From assembly GCA_048499675.1 (NCBI GenBank), contig JASNZL010000008.1, forward strand, positions 27 to 64,026: a stretch of 64,000 nt of DNA, read 5' to 3'. Both the position numbers and the translations under genes were made by a program. How positions within the stretch are numbered: the first letter of the stretch is position 1; the number at the start of each line of letters is the position of its first letter. The notes beneath the pieces are model-generated. The model was not told the origin of the DNA. It saw only the letters and a program-made list of their open reading frames with translations, and did not search any database. The DNA is from Candidatus Zambryskiibacteriota bacterium. GTDB lineage: Bacteria > Patescibacteriota > Minisyncoccia > Phycocordibacterales > WO2-35-19. This document shows, piece by piece, positions 28,651 through 38,137 of the stretch.

Positions 28651-29994
28651 ATGGACACTCAAGAACTTTGGAACAACGTTTTAGCTAAAATAGAATCATC
28701 TGTTTCTAAAGCGAACTTTGCAACTTGGTTTAAAGACACTAAAATATCAGGTTTTGACGACGGTATAGTGTATTTGAGTGTACCAAACACATTTGTTCAA
28801 GAGTGGTTAACAAAAAAATTTCACCAAATAGTCCTTAAATTTCTCAGGGAGTCATCTGATTCTATTCATGGCTTGGAGTATGTAATAAAAGAAGAAGTAA
28901 AAACAAAAAATCAATATATTCCTACAAAAGGATCTTCCCCAACTAGAGAACTACCACTTTCCGAACTATATGTGAACAAGGAAGATAATTTGAATCCAAG
29001 ATACACGTTTGAAACATTTGTTGTTGGACCTTTTAATGAACTCGCGTTTGCAGCAGCTCAAGCTGTAATAAAAAATCCTGGCGTTACATACAACCCATTT
29101 TTTATTTATGGAAATACAGGACACGGCAAAACTCACCTTATACAGGCAATAGGAAATGCAATAAAAACTAATGACCCAACAAAAAAAATATTTTACTTCA
29201 CATCAGAAAAATTTTTAAACGACTATGTAGCGTCTGTACAATCCAACAAAGTTACCCAATTCAAGGAAAAATACAGAAAGTATGATGTTTTGATTATGGA
29301 TGATGTTCAATTCTTGTCTGGTAAAGAAAAAACTCAAGAGGAATTGTTCCATTTGTTCAACATAATGAGAGAGTCTAACAAACACATAGTATTTTCTTGT
29401 GATAAACACCCTAATTTTGTTACAGGACTAGAAGACAGGCTAAAATCAAGGTTTTCTTCTGGGATGGTTTTGGATATTCCTGCACCAGACCACGAATCTC
29501 GGGTGGCAATAATAAAAGCTAAGTGCTCTAGCATAAACCTTTATCTAGGAGACGATATAATTGATTATTTGGCTGACTCCATAAAAGGTAATATTAGGGA
29601 CTTAGAAGGGGTTATAAACCTAATAGTTTGCCAAACAGAGACAAAAAACAGGACACTTACATTAAACGAAATAAAAGATTTGGTTAAAAACAGTATCAAA
29701 CAAAAAAAATTGCTTTCCTATAAAGAAGTAGTAAAAATAATATCTGATTTTTATAAAATAGAAGAAGAGTCAATCTACGAAAAAACCAGAAAGAAGGAGG
29801 TTATAAAACCAAGACAAATAATAATGTATATTTTGCGAGAAGATTTTAGTATTTCTTATCCTTCAATAGGGGAGAAATTGGGAGGAAGAGACCACACAAC
29901 GGTTATCCACTCATGCGAGAAAATAAAAAAAGAAATCAAAGTTGATAATCTTTTAATGAAAGAAATTCAAGAAATCAGAGGTATGATAGGTTAA
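28651..29994 (+). CDS. dnaA: chromosomal replication initiator DnaA
   Basis: Walker A GNTGHGKTHL, Walker B VLIMDDVQFL, C-terminal DNA-binding domain. Confidence 0.95.
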   Translation: MDTQELWNNVLAKIESSVSKANFATWFKDTKISGFDDGIVYLSVPNTFVQEWLTKKFHQIVLKFLRESSDSIHGLEYVIKEEVKTKNQYIPTKGSSPTRELPLSELYVNKEDNLNPRYTFETFVVGPFNELAFAAAQAVIKNPGVTYNPFFIYGNTGHGKTHLIQAIGNAIKTNDPTKKIFYFTSEKFLNDYVASVQSNKVTQFKEKYRKYDVLIMDDVQFLSGKEKTQEELFHLFNIMRESNKHIVFSCDKHPNFVTGLEDRLKSRFSSGMVLDIPAPDHESRVAIIKAKCSSINLYLGDDIIDYLADSIKGNIRDLEGVINLIVCQTETKNRTLTLNEIKDLVKNSIKQKKLLSYKEVVKIISDFYKIEEESIYEKTRKKEVIKPRQIIMYILREDFSISYPSIGEKLGGRDHTTVIHSCEKIKKEIKVDNLLMKEIQEIRGMIG

Positions 29995-29997
29995 TAA

Positions 29998-30198
29998 GTT
30001 GTTAACAGATTGTTTATAAGTTGTATTAATTGTGTTTAGAGTTGGTGTATAAAAAACAATATTTTTATAACAACGAAGATATTCAAGTAGTTATACACAT
30101 AAACAAAAAATACTTATTCAAAAAATCCCTTTATTTAAAACATTTTAAAACTAATCAACTAATCCACATCTTTAATAATCTTTAATTAATTTAAATAT
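29998..30198. promoter_or_regulatory. AT-rich dnaA-dnaN intergenic region with near-consensus DnaA boxes (TTATACACA 30091-30099; TAATCCACA 30160-30168); candidate oriC/DUE
   Basis: box matches 8/9; ~80% AT. Confidence 0.5.
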
Positions 30199-31299
30199 AT
30201 GAAACTAGAATGTAATAAAGAAGTGTTAGATAAAGCAATCCAAAAAACAACCAGACTTGCAGGAAAACATTTAACACTACCAGTGCTTTCTTGTGTATTT
30301 ATAGAAGCATTTGGAGACGGAAGAGTGTTGTTAAAATCTACAAACCTAGATCTTGGTCTTGAATTAGAAATAAAGGCAAAGGTTTTTGAAGCAGGAAATG
30401 TTGCTGTGCCTGCAAATATTTTTTATGGGGTCTTATCTTCGGTTAAAGACGATGTTTTGATTTTGGAAAAGAAAGATAATAATTTAAAAATCGAAACAAA
30501 AAGTAATTCAGCTTTAATAAAATGCATGCAAAGCGAAGACTTTCCAAGTATTCCAAAATTAGAAAAAATAAACCCAATCAAAATAAACTACGAGGATTTG
30601 ATGCTTGGTTTTAAGTCTGTTTGGTATAGTGCATCAAATTCTAGTATAAAACCAGAACTTGGTAGTGTTTATATATACAAAGGAGATAATGGTTTAGTTT
30701 TTGTTTCTACAGATTCGTTTAGATTGGCAGAAAAAACAATAAACACAAAAATTTCTGATGATTTTCCTACAACACTAATACCATACAAAAATGTAGCAGA
30801 AATAATGAAAATATTTGAAGATGGTAACGAGGATATAGAAATTATATTTGAAAAGAACCAAGCCGCTTTTATAAGAAAAAATGTGTATTTAGTATCACGT
30901 CTTATTGATGGTAATTTTCCTGACTACAAACAAATTGTGCCAAAATCCTATGTTTCGAGTGCGACTATTTTAAAAAATGATTTGATTAACGCCATTAAAA
31001 CCTCAAACATATTTTCTGATAATTTAAATCAAACAAAAATAAAAGTTATCAATAAAGAAAAAATCTTAGATATTGAATCAAAGAATAATGATGTGGGGGA
31101 GTATAGAGAGTCAATAAAAGCATCAATAAACGGCGATGATATAGAACTCAATTTCAATAACAGGTATATTACCGAATGTATGCAATCAATACCTTCTGAA
31201 AGCATAACCCTTAGTTTTGGTGGTATAGGCAAACCACTTATGATTACAGGCTCTTCAGATAAAAGTTTTGTTTATATTGTGATGCCGATGAATAGGTAG
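30199..31299 (+). CDS. dnaN: DNA polymerase III beta sliding clamp
   Basis: 366 aa, three-domain length, immediately downstream of dnaA; MKLECNKEVL...LLKSTNLDL pattern. Confidence 0.9.
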   Translation: MKLECNKEVLDKAIQKTTRLAGKHLTLPVLSCVFIEAFGDGRVLLKSTNLDLGLELEIKAKVFEAGNVAVPANIFYGVLSSVKDDVLILEKKDNNLKIETKSNSALIKCMQSEDFPSIPKLEKINPIKINYEDLMLGFKSVWYSASNSSIKPELGSVYIYKGDNGLVFVSTDSFRLAEKTINTKISDDFPTTLIPYKNVAEIMKIFEDGNEDIEIIFEKNQAAFIRKNVYLVSRLIDGNFPDYKQIVPKSYVSSATILKNDLINAIKTSNIFSDNLNQTKIKVINKEKILDIESKNNDVGEYRESIKASINGDDIELNFNNRYITECMQSIPSESITLSFGGIGKPLMITGSSDKSFVYIVMPMNR

Positions 31300-31498
31300 G
31301 GTAGGAAAATATAATTACTCTAATTACTAATTTCTAAACAAATTCTCAAATTCAAAATTTAAAATTTAAAATTAAGACATTTATTAAAAATTAAAAATTT
31401 TAAATTAAAAATTTAATCAGTAATATTTGTGTATATTAGTAATTAACCCTTATTTTAAACTTTAAAACTTGTAACTTTTTAACTTTACAACTAATTAT

Positions 31499-31747
31499 AT
31501 GTTTAATATTTCACAATTTTTTGAAAAGTTTAAAAATATTGAAAAAAGCAGTAGTGAAAAAACTTCTGTTGTTATAAATACAATAAAAAAAATTACCAAA
31601 ATAGAGCTTCAAAAAGAATCTCTAGAGATTAAAGAAGAAACTATAAGATTAAAATGTAGTCCTGTTTTCAAAAATGAAATATTTATGAAAAAGGAACTTA
31701 TTGAGGAGGATTTAAAGAAACAAAAAATTTATCTGAGAATTACTTGA
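31499..31747 (+). CDS. small hypothetical protein downstream of dnaN
   Basis: ORF only. Confidence 0.3.
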   Translation: MFNISQFFEKFKNIEKSSSEKTSVVINTIKKITKIELQKESLEIKEETIRLKCSPVFKNEIFMKKELIEEDLKKQKIYLRIT

Positions 31748-33879
31748 TCTAGAGGCACTGGATTATCAAAATGTAAACCCCTTTCTTGCGCCCAAACTCT
31801 TACAGGGTATTCCCATCTTTCATATTGAGGATCATTATTTGGTTCATCTACAAAATCACCTCTAGGATCATCTTTGTTTAACCAATTTAGTATTGAATGT
31901 ACTCCTCCTGTGACCATATTGCCCTCAAACCTTCCACCTTGCCAAATTCCATGCAAAACAGGTTTATCAGTCATTTCTGTAACTAAAGGATCCTCAAAAT
32001 TACTTACAGGCATTTTTGCAAGAGCTCTATCCATAAAAGCTCTCCACATTGGAGCTACTATAAAACCAGCAACCCTTTTCTCCATTGGGCTATTGTCGTT
32101 ATTTCCAGCCCACGCTCCAACAGCTATGTCTGGAGTATATCCAATTATCCATGCATCCTTGTAATCATTGGTGGTACCTGTTTTTACCGCAACGTCTCTG
32201 GTTGGGAAATTCAAAGCGGAGGATTGACCAAAGGCAGGGGTTCGAGCAACATTATCTGAGAGAATACTAGAAATTTTTAATGCTATTTCCTTTGGTAGTA
32301 CTTGTTTTGTTGTTGAGTTCATTTTTTCAAGAACTTCACCATTTTTATTTTTAATTTCTATTATTGAAACAATATTACTCTTTACTCCTTCATTTGCAAA
32401 AACTCCATAAGCACTAGTAATTTCTAGTGGGGTAACTTCTCCACCTCCAAGCACTAAAGTAAGACCATAGTCACCTCGGTTAGAAAGTGATTCCATACCC
32501 ATATCTCGCGCAAGTCTTATAGATTCGTTTAATCCTGCTAAATAAAGTACTTTTACTGAAGGAATGTTCAAAGATTGAGCCAGAGCGTTTCTCAAGGTTA
32601 CTGGGCCTCTAAAAACATTGTCGTAGTTTTCTGGAGCGTAACAACCGTTACCCATCGTTAAATTGTTTGGTGCGCAAGTTGTGGAGAACTGTGTTTTGAG
32701 GTCAAAAACAACTGTTTCTGGTGTATATCCTTTTATAAATGCTTGAGCATAAACAAACGGTTTGAAAGTAGAACCCGGCTGTCTTTTTGCCGTGGTGACA
32801 TTGAATGCCCCATCTATTTCTTCATCAAAATAATCTCTGGATCCAACCATTGTTATTATTTCTCCAGTCTTTGGGTTTAGGGCGATTATAGAAGCATTTT
32901 CTGCATTAAAATTTTCTTTATTAGACATCGCGTAGTCGTGGGCTATTTTTTCTGCAATATTTTGTAGTTCATAATCAAGGGTGGTAATTATTCTTAAACC
33001 ACCATTGTTTACAGCGTCTTCACCGTATTTTGCTTTAACTTGTTCAAGTACATAAAAAACAAAATGGGGAGCTTTTATGCTGGTGTCAGCTTTTTCATAA
33101 AAAACAACCTCTTCTTTTATGGCTTCGTCGTATTCATTTTGGGTTATAAAATTGTTTCTAAGCATCTCTCTCAGTACCAAATTTTTTCTCTCTTCTAGTT
33201 TTTCTTTGTTTTTACCATAAGGTGAATAGTATGTTGGCGCTTTTGGCAATGCTGCAAGGTACGCCGCTTCTGCCAAAGTAACATCACTTGATTTTTTACC
33301 AAAGAAAGCCTCGCTCGCTTCTTCAATACCGTAAATAACCCCACCATAAGGAATCTCATTTAAATACATAGAAAGAATCTGGTCTTTATCAATCATTTGT
33401 TCTAGTTTGATAGCGATTACCCACTCTTTTATCTTTCTTGATATTGCCTTTTCGCTAGTTAAAATAGAATTTTTTACTACTTGCTGAGTTATGGTAGAGC
33501 CACCCTGACTAAAATTTAATGAAAGAATGTTTACAATAACTGCCCTTAAAAAAGCTTTTGGTTTAACCCCAATATGGCTATAAAATTCCCTGTCCTCTAT
33601 CGCAATTGTTGCATTTTTAATATGTCTAGATATTTCTTCAAGTGGAACCATACTCCTTCTCATATTGCCACCTGTGTCGTATAGCAAAATTTCACCAGTT
33701 CTGTCATATACTTTGGTTGATTCTGTAATACGCCTTTCTCTTATTGACTCAGATGTAGGTACTTTAAATGTACTTACCCAAACCAAAACAAAAGCTCCAA
33801 CTATAAAAAAGGAAGACAAAAGAAGCATAAAAAATGCCTTGAGGAGAGTCCGGTGCTTTTTTACAAAGTGTTTAAACAT
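31729..33879 (-). CDS. class A penicillin-binding protein (glycosyltransferase GT51 + transpeptidase)
   Basis: IAIEDREFYSHIGV, GGSTITQQVVKN, transpeptidase STFKPFVY (SxxK), KTGTTND. Confidence 0.9.
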   Translation of the reverse strand: MFKHFVKKHRTLLKAFFMLLLSSFFIVGAFVLVWVSTFKVPTSESIRERRITESTKVYDRTGEILLYDTGGNMRRSMVPLEEISRHIKNATIAIEDREFYSHIGVKPKAFLRAVIVNILSLNFSQGGSTITQQVVKNSILTSEKAISRKIKEWVIAIKLEQMIDKDQILSMYLNEIPYGGVIYGIEEASEAFFGKKSSDVTLAEAAYLAALPKAPTYYSPYGKNKEKLEERKNLVLREMLRNNFITQNEYDEAIKEEVVFYEKADTSIKAPHFVFYVLEQVKAKYGEDAVNNGGLRIITTLDYELQNIAEKIAHDYAMSNKENFNAENASIIALNPKTGEIITMVGSRDYFDEEIDGAFNVTTAKRQPGSTFKPFVYAQAFIKGYTPETVVFDLKTQFSTTCAPNNLTMGNGCYAPENYDNVFRGPVTLRNALAQSLNIPSVKVLYLAGLNESIRLARDMGMESLSNRGDYGLTLVLGGGEVTPLEITSAYGVFANEGVKSNIVSIIEIKNKNGEVLEKMNSTTKQVLPKEIALKISSILSDNVARTPAFGQSSALNFPTRDVAVKTGTTNDYKDAWIIGYTPDIAVGAWAGNNDNSPMEKRVAGFIVAPMWRAFMDRALAKMPVSNFEDPLVTEMTDKPVLHGIWQGGRFEGNMVTGGVHSILNWLNKDDPRGDFVDEPNNDPQYERWEYPVRVWAQERGLHFDNPVPLDQVILR

Positions 33880-33933
33880 CTTAGGTATAATACATATTAT
33901 GCCAAAAATTCAAAATTATGATAGAGTTTTAGT

Positions 33934-35331
33934 ATGAACAATCAAAAAACAAATATTTTTTCCGATAAGGAAGTTGAAGAATTTTTTGATCCCGATGGTG
34001 TTTTTGCCAATAAAATAAAGGCAAAAAAAGAAGGAAAATATAACAAAGACATAGTAATAAAATTTGGCGTTGACCCAACAAGACCAGATATTCATCTGGG
34101 ACACGCCGTTGTATTTAGGTTTTTGAGAAAAATGCAAGACATTGGTTGCAAGGTAATATTTTTGGTTGGTGATTTTACAGCGAGAATAGGTGACCCAACA
34201 GGTAAAAGCAAAGTTAGACCAGAAATAGAACAAGCTGAAATAGAAAAGAACATGAAAACTTATCTTGAACAAGTTGGCAAAATTCTTAGAACAGACAAGG
34301 AAGTATTTTCTTGGATTAGAAATTCAGATTGGTTTTATGGAGTAGAGGATATTGTTCCCGGAATAGGGGATAAAGTCACAATGAATGTTAAAAAAGCTGG
34401 AATTGCTTTTGATGCCGAAATACCAGCAAACAGTTTTATAGGAAAGGCGGCTCTTTTTGAAAACACAAGAATGCAGTCTTCTGTGCTATCAAGAAAACAA
34501 ATAGTATCAATAACCGTAAGGGGACTTCTTTGGACCTTGAGACACATTACACATCAAAGATTGATAAGTAGAGATATGTTTCAAGATAGACTCAAAAAAG
34601 GAGAGGAATTATATATGCATGAAATGCTTTATCCAGTACTCCAAGGTATAGATTCTTTTGTTTTGGCTCAAATATATGGCTCTTGCGATTTGGAAATTGG
34701 AGGCACTGACCAAACATTTAATATGTTGATTGGTAGAGATATTATGAAAATTAATGAGACTGCTCCTCAAGCGGTGATATCGTGCAAAATACTAAAAGGG
34801 TTGGATGGTAAAGAAAAAATGAGTAAAAGTTTGGATAACTATATCGCTATCAATGAAGAACCAACGGAAATATTTGGAAAAGTTATGTCGATCCCCGATG
34901 AGCTCATAGAAGAATATTATAGTTTATGCACAAATTTAGATGAGCAAGAAATAGATAGCAAAATCCAAGAAATAAAAAATGGTAAAAATCCAAAAGATAT
35001 AAAGGTTAATCTAGCCAAGGAGATTATAAAAGTTTATTATGGCAACAAAGAAGCAGAATCGTCCGCACTCTCTTTTGAAAACGTTTTTTCAAAGGGAAAA
35101 TTTCCAGAAGACTCAAAAATTATTGAAGCCGGAAAGGAGGAAAAAATATGTGATGTTTTGGTTTCAAACAAAATAGTCGCTTCAAAATCAGAATACAGAA
35201 GGTTGGTAGAAGGGGGAGCGGTTACTGATCTTCCAGATTACAAAATAGAAAATACTGACGAACTTATTGGGAACAAAGAAAGAAAATTACGAATAGGTAA
35301 GAAAATATTTGTAGTGGTTAAACCCGTTTAA
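33934..35331 (+). CDS. tyrS: tyrosyl-tRNA synthetase (class I; HIGH-like HLGH, KMSKS, C-terminal S4-like domain)
   Basis: GVDPTRPDIHLGHAVVF...VGDFTARIGDPTGKS, KMSKSLDN, C-terminal SEYRRLVEGGAV. Confidence 0.85.
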   Translation: MNNQKTNIFSDKEVEEFFDPDGVFANKIKAKKEGKYNKDIVIKFGVDPTRPDIHLGHAVVFRFLRKMQDIGCKVIFLVGDFTARIGDPTGKSKVRPEIEQAEIEKNMKTYLEQVGKILRTDKEVFSWIRNSDWFYGVEDIVPGIGDKVTMNVKKAGIAFDAEIPANSFIGKAALFENTRMQSSVLSRKQIVSITVRGLLWTLRHITHQRLISRDMFQDRLKKGEELYMHEMLYPVLQGIDSFVLAQIYGSCDLEIGGTDQTFNMLIGRDIMKINETAPQAVISCKILKGLDGKEKMSKSLDNYIAINEEPTEIFGKVMSIPDELIEEYYSLCTNLDEQEIDSKIQEIKNGKNPKDIKVNLAKEIIKVYYGNKEAESSALSFENVFSKGKFPEDSKIIEAGKEEKICDVLVSNKIVASKSEYRRLVEGGAVTDLPDYKIENTDELIGNKERKLRIGKKIFVVVKPV

Positions 35332-35335
35332 ACAT

Positions 35336-35365
35336 AACAAAAAACGCCCGAGTGGGCGTTTTTTG
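35336..35365 (+). terminator. rho-independent terminator after tyrS
   Basis: AAAAACGCCCGAGTGGGCGTTTTTT. Confidence 0.8.
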
Positions 35366-35368
35366 TTA

Positions 35369-35533
35369 TTACATGTCTACTTCTTCCTCTTCCTCTTCGT
35401 CGTCTTCATCTTCATCACCACCTTCCTCCTCTTCTTCTATATCAGGAGCCACTTCTACATCGTCATCGTCTGCTAAAAGTTTTGGATCGATTTCTGTTGT
35501 TTCTTGATCCAATACATCATCTTCTTCTGGCAT
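35369..35533 (-). CDS. 54-aa highly acidic low-complexity peptide (MPEEDDVLDQ...EEEEEVDM); possibly spurious
   Basis: uninterrupted minus-strand reading frame from ATG to TAA. Confidence 0.25.
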   Translation of the reverse strand: MPEEDDVLDQETTEIDPKLLADDDDVEVAPDIEEEEEGGDEDEDDEEEEEEVDM

Positions 35534-35652
35534 ATTTTAAAAAATTATTTCTAATACCAACTCTTGTTGGATGAGTAATTTGTAACATACCAAAAACTTT
35601 TTGCAATAATACTGGACACTAAAATCTGTGGATAATTATTAGATGTTTTAAA

Positions 35653-36168
35653 TTAGTTAAGAGTCAACCTAATAGCCGAACAAGTAAGAGCTGTTGCTAT
35701 CGCATCATACTCATCATCCAATCTTTTTTTTGGTTCTAATTTTAGTATTTTGTGTATCATTTGAATAATCTGTTTTTTGTCGCTTTTGCCATAACCAGTA
35801 ACAGCAAGCTTTATCTCGTTTGGGTTAAACTCTCTAATCAACAAGTTTCTTCTCGCACCTTCATTTATTATTACTCCACGAGCCTCTGATACTTGCAAGG
35901 CTGTTTTTTGGTTCTTACTAAACAAAAGAGTTTCAATAGCCATTTCCTGAGGTTTAAATTTTTCGATGATATCTTGAATTTTTAAAGAAAGAGAAAGAAG
36001 TCTTTTGCTGTGAGGGAGTTTTGGGTCTGTCTCAAAACATTCAGAATAAATTAATTTATCAGTAGTGTTATTCTTTTCTATTATTGCTATACCGATTCTT
36101 CCATACCCAGGGTCAATACCCAAAATACGGCTTCTAGGCAATAACTGAGAGCTTAGAGTTTTTTTCAT
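35653..36168 (-). CDS. ruvC: Holliday junction resolvase RuvC
   Basis: RILGIDPGYGRIGIAIIE...; catalytic Asp-containing motifs. Confidence 0.9.
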   Translation of the reverse strand: MKKTLSSQLLPRSRILGIDPGYGRIGIAIIEKNNTTDKLIYSECFETDPKLPHSKRLLSLSLKIQDIIEKFKPQEMAIETLLFSKNQKTALQVSEARGVIINEGARRNLLIREFNPNEIKLAVTGYGKSDKKQIIQMIHKILKLEPKKRLDDEYDAIATALTCSAIRLTLN

Positions 36169-36197
36169 TTTTTTATTTTACTTAAAGCTTCAAGCTT

Positions 36198-36731
36198 TTA
36201 TGTTGCATTACAAAAAACTTCTTGAACTTCTTCATTTTCTTCTAATTCTTCTATAAGGGCGTTTAGTTTCTCACCATCTTCGGTGCTTATGTTTACGTAT
36301 GTGTTTGGAATCCAACCCTCTCCTATTTTTTTGGTAAATGCCCACGAAGCAGAACCCGGGGTAGCTAACTCAAAACCATTTTTAGAAAGTATATGTTTTA
36401 TTTCTTGAGCCGCTTTATTTCTGTTTCCTGTTAACGCGTCTATTATTATTGCACAACCACCGGGCCCATAACTTTCGTATGTGATTTGTTCCATTTCTAA
36501 CGAGTCGGTGCCCACGCCTTTTTTTACTGCTCTCTCTATGTTGTCATTGGGAACATTTTCGGATTTAGCTTTTAAAATTGCGTTTCTTAGTCCAGGTGAG
36601 TTTGTATCACCTTTTGCTAGTCTAGATTCTACAGTGATTAGCTTAACCATCTTGCTAAAGATTTTACTTTTTTGTGCATCGGTAACCGCTTTTTTATTTT
36701 TTATTTTTGACCATTTATTATGTCCAGACAT
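36198..36731 (-). CDS. YebC/PmpR-family transcriptional regulator (short)
   Basis: MSGHNKWSKIKNKKAVTDAQKSKIFSKMVKLI. Confidence 0.75.
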   Translation of the reverse strand: MSGHNKWSKIKNKKAVTDAQKSKIFSKMVKLITVESRLAKGDTNSPGLRNAILKAKSENVPNDNIERAVKKGVGTDSLEMEQITYESYGPGGCAIIIDALTGNRNKAAQEIKHILSKNGFELATPGSASWAFTKKIGEGWIPNTYVNISTEDGEKLNALIEELEENEEVQEVFCNAT

Positions 36732-36744
36732 TTTTTTATTTTAA

Positions 36745-37755
36745 TTATAATAATTTGTCTTGGTGTGGGTAATCTATGCCTAAGTGTAGATACCCATGCT
36801 TAGTTAAAATTCGGCCTCTTGGTGTTCTTTCAATAAATCCAATCTGTAAGAGATAGGGTTCGTTAAATTCTTCAATTGTAGACTCTTCCTCTGAGAGAGA
36901 GGCGGCCAAAGTGTTCAGACCAACTGGGCCCCCATTAAATTTTTTTGCTAGTGTTTCAAGAAGGATTCTGTCTGAATAATTAAGTCCCATATTATCAACA
37001 CCCAACAAATCAAAAGCTTCGTTTACCATCCTTTCGCTCAATTCTTCTTTTTTCATTTGGGCGTAATCTCTCACTCTTTTTAGAAGATAATTAGCGGTTC
37101 TTGGTGTAAAACGACTGCTTTTTGAAATTAATTCTATGGCGTTTTTATCTGTCTTTACTCCTAAAATTTTGGAAGACCTTTCAATTATTTTTGCTATTTC
37201 TTCATTTTTGTAAAATTCTAATCGGAATACACCACCAGAAAATCTGCTTCGTAGTGGTGAAGATAACATAGCGAGTCTTGTTGTGGCCCCAATCAAAGTA
37301 AAAGAGGGGAGATCAAGCTGTATTGTACGAGCACTTGGTCCTTTGCCGATTATTATATCGAGTGAACGAGATTCCATCGCGGGGTACAAAACTTCCTCAA
37401 TTGATTTATTTAGTCGGTGTATCTCGTCTATAAAAAGAATATCCCCAGGCGATAGGTTTGTAAGTATAGAAGCAAGGTCACCAACTTTTTCAATTGCTGG
37501 ACCTGAAGTAGAACGCATTTGACTGCTCGTTTCTTTGGCTATTAGATGGGCTAGCGTTGTTTTACCAAGTCCGGGTGGACCATAAAAAAGTATGTGTTCT
37601 GGCGGATGTTCTCTTTCTTTGGCTGCACCAAGTAGAATTTGTAAGTTTTTTTTAATTGTTTCTTGACCAATATACTCTTCCCACCTATTTGGTCTTAGGG
37701 TTTGATCAAGAAAATCATAGTCTTTTTCGGAGTTGTTTATTTGTTTCTTATCCAT
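36745..37755 (-). CDS. ruvB: Holliday junction branch-migration ATPase RuvB
   Basis: Walker A GPPGLGKTTLA, Walker B DILFIDEIHRL, sensor motifs. Confidence 0.95.
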   Translation of the reverse strand: MDKKQINNSEKDYDFLDQTLRPNRWEEYIGQETIKKNLQILLGAAKEREHPPEHILFYGPPGLGKTTLAHLIAKETSSQMRSTSGPAIEKVGDLASILTNLSPGDILFIDEIHRLNKSIEEVLYPAMESRSLDIIIGKGPSARTIQLDLPSFTLIGATTRLAMLSSPLRSRFSGGVFRLEFYKNEEIAKIIERSSKILGVKTDKNAIELISKSSRFTPRTANYLLKRVRDYAQMKKEELSERMVNEAFDLLGVDNMGLNYSDRILLETLAKKFNGGPVGLNTLAASLSEEESTIEEFNEPYLLQIGFIERTPRGRILTKHGYLHLGIDYPHQDKLL

Positions 37756-37881
37756 AACTATATTATGCCCTTTTTAGTATAATATAAAAGGCATTGACAT
37801 ATTTTATGGTATATGCTATACTTAAAAAGTTATTGTATATTGAAATGATAGGATGTATAATATCCTTTTGTAAGAAGTTTG

Positions 37882-38045
37882 GGGCTACAAATCTCTAAGC
37901 GGCGGTTCACTTTAGTGGATTTTGACGTTAAATCAAGGAAACATCGGTACCATTTTGTTAAAGGGTGGATCGCTGATGTTCCCCTCAGAGTAATGTTTTG
38001 CTTTCGGTACAAATATTGAAAGTGCCGCTTAGAGATTTGTGTCCC
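37882..38045. ncRNA. ~165-nt element closed by a 19-bp near-perfect stem, between ruvB and pilB; candidate structured RNA (6S-like?) - strand unknown
   Basis: GGGCTACAAATCTCTAAGCGGC (37882-) pairs with GCCGCTTAGAGATTTGTGTCCC (-38045); inner complementary segments CACTTT/AAAGTG. Confidence 0.3.
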
Positions 38046-38137
38046 TAATTTTGAAAATTTAATATCCTATTTCCATTATTCACAAAAGTTGCGCATCGGC
38101 AATTTTTTTTGTGTATAACCAATAATTTCTTATACAA

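Noticed and set aside
36481-36744. 87-aa ORF antisense to the yebC-like gene, and 37283-37522 antisense to ruvB
   Set aside because: They are embedded antisense in conserved genes.
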